Of a DNA stretch of 64,000 nt, positions 53,769-64,000 are shown piece after piece. Origin of the DNA: the human T2T-CHM13v2.0 reference genome, Homo sapiens. Location: NCBI RefSeq assembly GCF_009914755.1, contig NC_060933.1; one strand, written 5' to 3'. A model generated the notes under the pieces. It saw only the letters and a program-made list of their open reading frames with translations, did no database searches and was not told the DNA's origin. The first letter of the stretch is position 1. Every line of letters starts with the position of its first letter. The translations under genes were made by a program, and so were the position numbers.

Positions 53769-54721
53769 CCACAGGATTTTTAAATTTGGTTTTGCTTGAA
53801 GAATAGTGTTCCTACAGAAAGCAGTGAAATCAAGCATTTCAAGGGAAAGGCCCTATGTAGCATTATGCTGGAAGTCTGAATACTAAAATCTTTCAAGAAG
53901 AATAGAAATAAAATCTAAGTTAACTGAAAATTACAATAAATACCTAATTATCTTTCATTTTGGCTAAAACTTTACCTTCATCCTAATGTATATTCTCCCA
54001 TTCCCATCACTGAGGTTTAAAAAAAATCACAATAACAAAACAAGCCCTGAGTGAGGCCTGCAGGCTGGCTGGGCTGTTGCTCCCTGGAGGCCCACACCAG
54101 GGTCATTGCTGCAAACATAATACCACAGGTGAGAGATGGGAGTTCAAAGTGAGAAGTCTCAGGCACCACAGACCTTAAAAGGAACACATATCCAAAAGCC
54201 AAAAGTAACAGTATTTAAATATGACACTTCGATTCTAGCACTAGGTTAAAATCTAAATGAAATGGAAAAATTCTACAAGTTGTTGTGAAGAAAAACTAAC
54301 AGATGAAGAGCAGCAACATTCCTTACAGAAAGGGTCATTATACCAAGAACAAATTGCTGGAAGCTAGCATTCCCTCTCACATGCTTTTTTATACAAGCCT
54401 GTCATAGTAATTTCAGGCTGTATGGATTCACACAGAAAAGAGGACTAAATTTACTTTTTTACTAGGAAAAAAAGAGAAAAACTGCCTAGAAACAGCATAA
54501 AATAAGTAATCAATCCTCGATTTAGCTAAAACCAAAGGCATGTGGGCAACATGGAATAGGGTCCAACTCCTCCCTAATACTGCGAGTGATGCAGAGTAAG
54601 ACCATGAGTGGCAACAGCATGAGGACAGCCTCACTGCAGTGCTGCAGATTTTATACTCAATGATGAAGGCAGAAAGTACCTTCCTTAACTCTTAACAGCA
54701 CCTTGTACCTAAAGCTTATAG

Positions 54722-54914
54722 GAAATATATAACACAAAATGACAAGAAATTTGGGTTCCACATACAAAAAGAACAAGAAAAATGGGATACTAATATTCTC
54801 AAATCATTAAATAGGTTAAGCACTGGTACTTTAAATTATTAATTAACAAATTAGCATTGTAGAAAGCCGTCTACAAAATGTTTCTAACTAAAGAATTAAG
54901 TAAAACAGCTTAAT
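54722..54914 (+). repeat. Local duplication block B (copy 2)
   Basis: Matches 51920-52112. Confidence 0.95.
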
Positions 54915-54922
54915 GAAGTAAA

Positions 54923-55125
54923 AAAGCCAAAAAAACAAAGTACACTGGTTTCTTGAGCTTTCATAAGCAAGTACTGGTGGAGAGATATAATTTAAAACTT
55001 GTGCACCAAGTAACAGAGGTGTGAGTAAATCTAAAATTATAGTAGTCTCCACTTACGTGCAGTTTCACTTTTTGAGGTTTCAGTTACCCATGGTCAACTG
55101 CAGTTTGAAAATATTACATGGAAAA
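54923..55125 (+). repeat. Local duplication block C (derived copy, includes only the first ~85 bp of MER44)
   Basis: Matches 57436-57638. Confidence 0.95.
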
Positions 55126-56689
55126 ATTTGGAAAATTTCAGCAATACATTATTCATTTGGAAAAACTCAGCAATATATTATTTTAATACCATACTAGGAT
55201 ATTATTTCCTTTAGCATCTTTAAAACAACATGATAGAATGTTTATAAAACAATCTGATCTGATATAAATCAGATGACTTCCTTAGTCAATTAGAAGAGAA
55301 CACCTATAATTTCTTTAAAAAGCAATTCATATATACCTATGTCCAGGAAAAGTTAAAAAAAAATTCAGTTATTAGAAAGGACGTATTCTTTAATATAACT
55401 AAGGGTCAACAATATAACTACACATGAGCTTATTCTCTACTTTATTACTAACACGACCCAAGCCAGAACATCACAGACATAGTCTAGTCTGAGTTCAGGG
55501 ATGTTAAATTGGTATACTATGCTTATGCTGACACTTCACGTCTCAACAAATTAGTAAACTGGTGAAGTCCTAAATTCAGTCACTGCTTCCATCAAATATA
55601 TGCCACATACCATGTTGAATGATTTAAGTGAAGCTACAGAATGCAACTGTGGGGAGTTCAAATGTCAAATCCTGGCTCAATGCCACCACTGTTACCACTG
55701 TGAGCCCTGAGAAAAGTTGCTTAATTTTTCTAAGCCTATCATTTCCCCACCTGCCTTCCTACCTTTCTATATATACGCTTATGTATCTAGCAAATACTTA
55801 AAAAGTTTTTACTATGTGTGGCCACTGTCCTAAGAACCTTACAAAGATTACTTAAACTTCTATCAGCCTTATGCTGTAAGAACTCATGACTTTCAATTTA
55901 TAGATGACACACTGAGGCACAAAGGAGTTGCTGTTACTTGCCTGGTACAGTCTGAGCACAGGCTGTCTGGTTTCAGGGTTTTGCTCTTAACCATTACTGC
56001 CTATCACTAGTTCTCACACCCCAGATCCCCAACACCGTAAGCCATCCTTCCATCCTTCCCCTAAGGACTTGTGACCACGTACCCGAGAAAAGGGAAATGC
56101 TGAAACTCAATAGGAAGCCCGACAGCACACTGGCTCTGTGCGCCACTAATTCCTTGAGACCTACGGCAACACCACAGTTCACTGGGTTCAACTGGGGAAA
56201 CCTTGGGAACTGGATGCAAAGCACCAGTCAGCTGACTGTAATCGAGTTCTGACTTGAGTTTTCTCTGGAAACCCCCAAAACCCACAGTGTGGCAGTGCCC
56301 CCCAGTACACGACTCTATAGGCTATTAAAATAAAAAGGGCCAACCCCAGAATATTTCCTTCCTACCAAAATTCCAAATCAAAAAACCCTCCCTAAGGGAA
56401 ATGCACAGATGACAGGCTGGCAGGGAAGTCCATGCCCATTCAGCAATCTTATCTGGAAGGTTACACTTACTAGTAGAACTGAGTGATGACTTCTGTTGAT
56501 TGCTGTTCCACATTTAACAAAACTCTTGGCATTTAAAATGCTGCTTAACATGGTAAATGCAGTCACTTCTATTTCTGATAAAAAGATAACATACCATAAG
56601 TAGTTTACTTTCACTTGGCAGGAAAAAACCTCACCATTATTGCCTTGCTTCATAAACTCTCAGGCTCTGTAACCTTGTTATTTAGAGTA

Positions 56690-56850
56690 TGGTTTGTAGA
56701 ACAGCAGGATTAGCATCACCTGTAAGCTTTTTATAAATGTAGACTCCCAGGTCCTATCGCAGACCCATCTGAAGCAGGATCTACATTTTTCACAATGCAC
56801 ATTTTTAACCCAGGTGATTTATACACACAATACAGTTTGAGGAGCTCTGG
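56690..56850. mobile_element. MER5A-like hAT relic
   Basis: agcatcacctg...aaatgtagactcccagg...caggtgatt...agtttgaggagctctg. Confidence 0.6.
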
Positions 56851-56979
56851 ATACTTAAGCTAATCCACAGGGAACTTGACAGTCTCACCATCCATAGGAT
56901 AATATGCTGATCCACTACATTGAAAATGCTACTGAGGAAGCAACGGCCATAACTTGATCCATAAACGTAAGGGTAGTGA

Positions 56980-57400
56980 AGGCTTTACACACAAATGTCT
57001 GTAGCAGCTTTATGTGTAACAGCCCAAAACTGAACACAACCCAAATGTCTTTCACGTAGTACATCTGGGCAATGGAATACTACTCATCAATAAAAAAGAA
57101 CTATTGATCAAAAAAAAGCGAATACATACAAAAATTAATACATACTGTTGCATTTTCATGAAATTCAAAAATATGGAAATTATAGTGATACAAGTTCAGT
57201 AATTGCCTGAGGATAAGTTGAGGGTAGCAGGGAGGGGCAAAAGAAAGAGACAGCAAACGGCCATGAGGAAATTTCTGGAGGTGATGGACATATTCATTAT
57301 CTTGATTGTGGTGCTGTTTTCACAAGTCAAAAGTTACCAAATTGTACACTTTAATATGGGCAATTTATTTTATGTCATTACACCTCAATAAAGCTATTTT
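56980..57400 (+). mobile_element. Old L1ME-type 3' end
   Basis: caacccaaatgtc, caatggaatactactca, tcattatcttgattgtggtg and acctcaataaagct. Confidence 0.7.
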
Positions 57401-57435
57401 AAAGAATTATATGATCTAATTGATCTGAAAATCAT

Positions 57436-57638
57436 AAAGTCAACAAAAGAAAGTACACTGGTTTCTTGAGCTTTCATGAACAAGGGCTGATGCAGAGATA
57501 TAATTTAAAATTTGTACACCAAGTAACAGAGGTGTAAGTAAATCTAAAATTATAGTAGTCTCCCCTTACGTGCGGTTTCACTTTTTGAGGTTTCAGTTAC
57601 CCATGGTCAACCGCAGTTAAAAAATATTACACGGAAAA
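57436..57638 (+). repeat. Local duplication block C (source copy)
   Basis: Matches 54923-55125 and runs on into the complete MER44. Confidence 0.95.
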
Positions 57639-58002
57639 GTCCAAAAATAAACAACATATAAGTTTTAAATGACACACCATTCTGAGTAGCATGACAAAAT
57701 CTCGCACCATCCTGCTCCATCCCTTCTTCAACACAATAAGGGTGAGTATAATGCAGTAAAATATTTTGAGAACAGACTATATTCATATGACTTTTATTAC
57801 AGAATATTGTTGCAAATTGTTCCGTTTTATTCCTAGTTATTGTTGCTAATATCTTACTATGCCTAATTTACAAATTAAACTTCATCATAGGTGTGTATGT
57901 ACAGGAAAAAACAGTATATACAGGGTTTGGTATCATCTGTGGTTTCAGACATCCACTAGGGGTCTTGGAGTGCATCCCCTAATAATAAGGGGTCAACTAT
58001 TG
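57553..58002 (+). mobile_element. MER44 (Tigger7-family non-autonomous DNA element)
   Basis: Termini tagtagtctccccttac...gcggtttc and ggggtcttggagtgcatcccct...taaggggtcaactattg, with TA at the 5' side. Confidence 0.82.
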
Positions 58003-58350
58003 CATAAAGAAAACACTAAGAAAAAAGGGTGGGAGAAGAGAAAGGTGGGAAGGAATAATTTAAAACAGGAAATACACAAATTCTGTCATTGTTCAATAGA
58101 ACTTTCTAAAGAAACAGTGGATCAAATACACTACGTAAGTGTAATAATGATGATAAGGTAGTACCAAAATACAACGCTTAACATTATTAGAATAAACCCA
58201 CACACAGAACAAACCAGAGAAGCACCTAACATAGTTAAGATTATTTTTAAAATGTAAAATTGCCAAAATCAGAAGACAAAGAAAAGCATAACGACAGGCC
58301 TAATACCAAACACATCAATATATTTAAAGAAGCTGTATCCATCCACTAAG

Positions 58351-58516
58351 AAAAAGATTAGCCAGGCATGGTGGACTGAGTAGTCCTAGCTACTCAGGAG
58401 ACTGGGGCAGGAGGATCATTTGAGCCCAGGAGTTCAAGGCTACAGTGAGCTATGACTGTGCCACTGCACTTCAGCCTGGGCAAGAGAGCGAGACACTGTC
58501 TCTAAAAACAAGAAAA
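58351..58516 (+). mobile_element. Alu right monomer (FRAM/AluJ-like)
   Basis: ttagccaggcatgg...gagcccaggagttcaaggctacagtgagctatg. Confidence 0.85.
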
Positions 58517-58933
58517 CTACATACTGAACTATGATTCAAAAGGAGAGGGATGTTAATAACTCATAAAAGAACTGACTCCCAGATGTTTGTTTTCATTCTC
58601 CACCATTCTTGATGAGAGGATAAAGAAAACTAAAACTAAGATCTGTAAGTCACCATGCAGAAAACAAAGACAGTAAAGTGTTCTACCAATTAATCTTTCA
58701 CACACCATAATTCGGCACTTCAAATTTCTAATAATTACATCAAATTAGGAAAATAAAAAGTAAAATATATGCTGGATTCAATCTAATAAGCTACATTACA
58801 TATTTTTAGAAATCTCTTTGACCCTCAAGCAAACAAAAAAGACACAGTGAACATAAATAAACAATTCAGGTCAACTTGGTGGATTGACAAAAAAATTCTG
58901 CAAACTTTGAAAATGTTCCTTATTAAGCAATTC

Positions 58934-59233
<300 letters not shown>

Positions 59234-59271
59234 TTAACTTTTATCTTAAATGTATTATGTTAAGAATTGCT

Positions 59272-59348
59272 GGCCAGGCGTGGTGGCTCATGCCTGTAAT
59301 CCCAGCACTTTGGGAGGCAGAGGTGGGTGGATCACCTGAGGTCAGGAG
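59272..59348 (+). mobile_element. Alu 5' fragment (77 nt)
   Basis: ggccaggcgtggtggctc...cacctgaggtcaggag, then an abrupt end. Confidence 0.9.
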
Positions 59349-59469
59349 CACCAACCCATGAGGGATCCACTCCCATGACTCCAACACCTCCCACCAGGCC
59401 CCACCTCCAACACTGGGGATTACAATTCAACATGAGATTTGGGTGGTGCCAAATACACAAACTGTCTCA
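59349..59469 (-). mobile_element. MST-family LTR terminal fragment
   Basis: acctcccaccaggccccacctccaacactggggattacaattcaacatgagatttgg. Confidence 0.85.
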
Positions 59470-59585
59470 AAGACCCAGTAGTCAGTTCTTACTGTTCATC
59501 TTACTTGGCCTGTCAACAGCATTTAATCACACTCTCCTTCTTGAAACATTTTCTTCACTTGGCTTTTGGAATACTGTTTTCTTCC

Positions 59586-59976
59586 TAATGTGGTATATAT
59601 ACACCATGGAATACTATGCAGCCATAATAAAAGAATGAAACCACGTCTTTTGCTGCCCCATGGAGCTGGAGGTCATTATCCTTAGTGAAATAACTCGGAA
59701 ATAGAAAATCAAATACTGCCATGTTCTCACTTATAAGTGGAAGCAAAACAATGGGTATACATGAACATAAAGATGGAAATAACAGACACTGGGGACTCCA
59801 CAGGGGAGGACAGTGGTGAAGAGGGTGAGAGGTGAAAAATTACTGATTGCATACAACATTCACTATTTGGGTGATGGGTTCACTAGGAGCCCAAACTCAC
59901 CATTACACAATACATGCATGTAACAAACCTGCACATGTATCCCCGGATCTAACATAAAATAAGCACAAACAATTAA
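59586..59976 (+). mobile_element. 5'-truncated L1 3' end (L1PB-like) inserted in an L2 relic
   Basis: aatgtggtatatatacaccatggaatactatgcagcc...aacaaacctgcacatgta, with 17-bp TSD gaata(c/t)tgttttcttcc at 59569-59585 and 59977-59993. Confidence 0.9.
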
Positions 59977-62587
59977 GAATATTGTTTTCTTCCCACCTTC
60001 CTACCCTGGGTGGCCTTTCTCAATCTACCGCTTTCATTCCAGCCTCTAAATATCATAATGCCTCACAGTCCTCAGACTTTTTTTTATCTCTACAGTAACC
60101 CCCTAGGTGTCTCATCCAGTGGTCATGGCTTCACATAGCATTAACATTCTGATGACTCCCAAGTTCACCTGGGTCAACCTGCCTCAACTCCGAATTCATC
60201 TGCACTTGGATGTCCACTAAGCATCACTACCTTCACATATCAAACTTGGGACTCCTGAGCGAGACCTTCCATCCCAATCTAGCAAAGGATCAGTCCTAAT
60301 TTACCACAATAGACATTCCAACAACTGCTCCACTCATGTTCATTCTATCATTCTCAGTCATGTCCTAAGAGCAGCAGGAGCTTGGGTAGAAAAGACAGAG
60401 GATCAAACTCAGGCAAGTTGAGCAGCATTCTTGGAATTTTAGGTAGAGGCAGACAGGAAAGGGATTGCAAGAGAAGGTTCAGCCTGAAGATAAGATGAAA
60501 TAATTACAGTATGGCTAACATGTTTACACCAATAAGATATAAGCCAATTTGCCCTCTCAATCAGGTACCTACCATGTGCTCATTACTAGACACTAGGTAT
60601 AAGTGAAGAAAAAGCCAACTCATGGTTCTTGCAATGGGGAGATATGGAAAGTACCAGATGGTAGAGAGAATCCACATTTTCTGATTCCACATCAAGAGAT
60701 CAAGATCAATAAACTTACACCAAAATAATTCAAGAGTTCATCACATTTTAACAATGTATAAAATCTAAACTGTCTATAACAAAATAAACCATCCTATGGC
60801 ATTATCTTTGAGAAAATGTTAAACTGAGCAGATCTTGTGACCTCCTAAGAGTATCATTACATGCTGAAATATAATGGAACTTCAAGCTTAGGATAAAGAT
60901 GACAGAAAGATAGATCATGTGGTTACCAAAACATTAAAGAACACTCATTTATACAAAGATAGTTAGGCTAGGACAGAAGAGTTTGATTCCAATATCAAAC
61001 CTCTGCAGAAGAGAGGCCAAGATGAAAGTTTGATATGTATGTGCATCTATTATACTGTAGTGGGTCTGTTAATTATTAGTGACTTGTTTTGCATTACTTT
61101 GAGCCTTTCAATAATAAAATTCAAATGTATCCCAATTCTCAAACTGAAAGACATGCTAACAAAAATAAAATGAGAAGCACTGCTTGAAAAGAGGTTTATA
61201 CCATAAAACTTACATCAGATTTTTCACACAGAATTTTTTCATTCAGTTATACAAAGATATTCTTTGTATTTCAAAGAGAGAGCTTTTTTCATAGAAAAAT
61301 GAATATGGACAGTAGATTTTCAATCACATGAAGAACAGATCCAGAGACTGAAAATTTCCAAAATTAAATTATTTCTTTCTATAAAACCTTATAAATGTTA
61401 AGAAAAAAATTGTTAAATACATGAATTTTGTCAGCTGTCCCTTTTAACATAATTACCTGTATTTCAATTCAGCTTTGCATTTACACTGCTAAATTAAAGC
61501 TTTTGCAATTTTATTTCATCAGAGAAAGAAAAAGAAGTTATGAATGCTGGCATTTTAAAGGATTACTGTGGAAGATCATTTACAAAAACATGATTGCCTC
61601 ACACTAAATTCTGTAATCTAAAATTCTAATGAAAACCTATTTTAAATATTTCTTTATCATTAGGTAACAATTCTTTGATGTCTCAACTTGAGAGAACTAG
61701 GTCTATCCCTTTAGAGTTTCCACTTAGAGAATTCTAAAAATGTTTTCTATCTCATCTTGAAATATCATCTAATTTAAATGTTACTAAGGGCAAGAATGGC
61801 CCTCAGTGAGGTAATTAACATGTCCACTCCCCATATTCTATACTGCTAATGTGCACAATATGGGTCCCAATAGTGATGTCAACACTGCCACCACGAACTA
61901 CTGGAAGGAAGGTGCACACCAGGAAGCCCTAGAAGGAATGGTAAGAAACAACAGCTGTTAATAGATCCTGATAATTTCATTGCTGTGTAGCCTTGCTGAT
62001 GCCTAATATTTCAAAATAATCAGTTTACTGCTTCTAATCCAGGCAACCTAAACTTCAAGAGGGAAGGGGACTTGTAACAATGATTAACATTTTAGAAATC
62101 TAAAAATTCACCATTTCCTTTGAATGAAACATCTCAAAAATAGTCACATGACTTTTTTTTTTTTTTAAAGAACAAAAGAACTCAATTTTATTCTAGGATT
62201 TTACTGTTTAAGAACAGACTTTCTAAGATACTAGGAACAATAAAGTAAATTTAGTGACTCTGAATGAAATACAGAACTGCTTTCTGATCTCTATTTTAAT
62301 AAAACAGAAGAGCTTTCAAATAAGTCATGTCTGTAAGTTGCTTATAAACTCTCTTTCATTAAAAACACACAGAGTACAGGAAATCACGGTGGCCAAAGAG
62401 AAAATACATTTGCCTTTCAGATCCCATCAATTCTCCAGTTGTAGAAAATGTGAATATAACAGGAGGCAAGAGGGGAAAATGGTACCCAACAGACAAGGGT
62501 GAACCCTGATTTGTATCAGTACTAATACTGCCACAATTTAAAGATGCCTATGGTTCAACAGCCAGCTCACAAAATTTCTGAACATTA

Positions 62588-62890
62588 GGCTGGGAGTCAT
62601 GGCTCATGCCTGTAATCCCAGCACTTTAGGAGGCCAAGGTGGGGGTATCACTTGAGGCCAGGAGTTCAAGACCAGCCTGGCCAACATGGCGAAACCCTGT
62701 CTCTACCAAAAAATACAAAATAGCCGGCGTGGTGGCTCACGCTTGTAGTTCTAACTACTCAAGAGGCTGTGGTGGAAGAATTACTTGAACGCAAGAGGTG
62801 GAGGCTGCAGTGAGCCGAGATCGTGCCACTGCACTCCAGCCTGAGCAACAGAGTGGGACCCTATCTTTTTTTTAAAACAAACAAAAAAAA
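62588..62890 (+). mobile_element. Alu inserted in a MER63-like hAT relic (about 62540-62949, minus strand)
   Basis: Full Alu with flanks aaaatt(t/c)ctgaa. The host ends in ccagtacaccactg. Confidence 0.88.
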
Positions 62891-63001
62891 ATTCCTGAAA
62901 ATTTAACAATCACCTGGAGTCAGTGTGAGCAGGCCCCAGTACACCACTGCCAAGGCATTTAATTACTGGAGGGTCTGTATAGGAAGCAGGCCCGTAAGTA
63001 C

Positions 63002-63452
63002 TGTCAAAGACAAAAATCTAACAAATTGAGTTATAGATCCAATTGCCTTTTATTTGTGATTCATGAGGCAGGGCAGCCTCCATTCTACAAAATAGAATAA
63101 AAGTTCCCATGAGGCAATGGCAGAACAGTGGGTTTTAAAGTAAGGTAGAAACAAGAAAACAGGACAAGAGGAAAAAAAACTAATTGGTTAACAGGTTACA
63201 TCAGGCTTTGCGGGGGGGGTTGTTTTTTTGGCAAGGGTTAAAGCAGAGTAGACTTACTGAGCTGATTCAGGTAGACTGGAATCTCCTGCTTTCAGGAAAA
63301 ACCGGTCTGTTTTGGAATCCGTCTGCTTCCTTAATAAAGTTTCAATTTGATTATGTGGCATTTTGCAGGAGTGACTATATCAATTTAATCTGGTCTGCTG
63401 GGGATTTGAGCAGGAGCTCAGTCCAAAACAATGGCCTCCCATAATTTTAACA
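63002..63452. mobile_element. Solo LTR, ERV1 class (MER4-group-like), 451 bp
   Basis: Begins TGTCAAAG and ends TTTTAACA (TG...CA), flanked by the 4-bp TSD gtac at 62998-63001 and 63453-63456. Confidence 0.75.
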
Positions 63453-63565
63453 GTACAATGCAGGATCCTCCACCATCAGTATCCATGAACATCCACTGGC
63501 CAAGTCACTTCCTCCCAAGACAAAAATAAGCCTAGAAGCTCTTCTCTCAGAAAATGAACAAACTT

Positions 63566-63872
<307 letters not shown>

Positions 63873-63965
63873 AGAAAATGAACAAACTTTATGAGAAGAA
63901 CTAGTGAAAAGAGAGCCAGAAAGAAAGATGGAGGCCTCTGTGCAGTATCTGGTCCATAAACGCTC

Positions 63966-64000
63966 TTTTTTTTTTTTTTTTGAGACCGAGTTTCACTCTT
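63966..64000 (-). mobile_element. Alu 3' end, cut by the window edge
   Basis: Poly-T then gagaccgagtttcactctt. Confidence 0.85.

Noticed and set aside
60992-61035. Inverted repeat atatcaaac...gtttgatat
   Set aside because: 9-bp arms in AT-rich DNA are expected by chance, and the interior pairs poorly for a pre-miRNA.

Overview
Human (primate) genomic DNA from inside the AUH gene (mitochondrial 3-methylglutaconyl-CoA hydratase / AU-binding protein, crotonase family), transcribed on the minus strand. Only two short coding exons are present: 48125-48217 (93 nt) and 46162-46218 (57 nt), which match my recollection of exons 5 and 6. They encode [30 protein letters not shown] and ASSAKMGLVETKLAIIPGG, which contain both catalytic glutamates. 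Neither appears in the supplied ORF track. The rest is intron, dense in interspersed repeats: about 26 Alu elements or fragments, a 5'-truncated L1PA with a perfect 17-bp TSD, older L1M/L2/MIR relics, several solo LTRs and MER DNA elements. There is also a near full-length Tigger1 carrying a nested Alu and a nested THE1 LTR, and a young AluYb8-type element that points to Homo sapiens. Almost all ORFs in the track are repeat-derived or chance. I see no evidence of a new multi-gene system. The most unexplained structure is a patchwork of short local duplications at 51.7-57.7 kb. The most speculative idea is a 150-nt, stop-free, in-frame exon 5-6 circle bracketed by inverted Alus. Repeat subfamily names and exon numbering come from memory of consensus sequences, not from a search.
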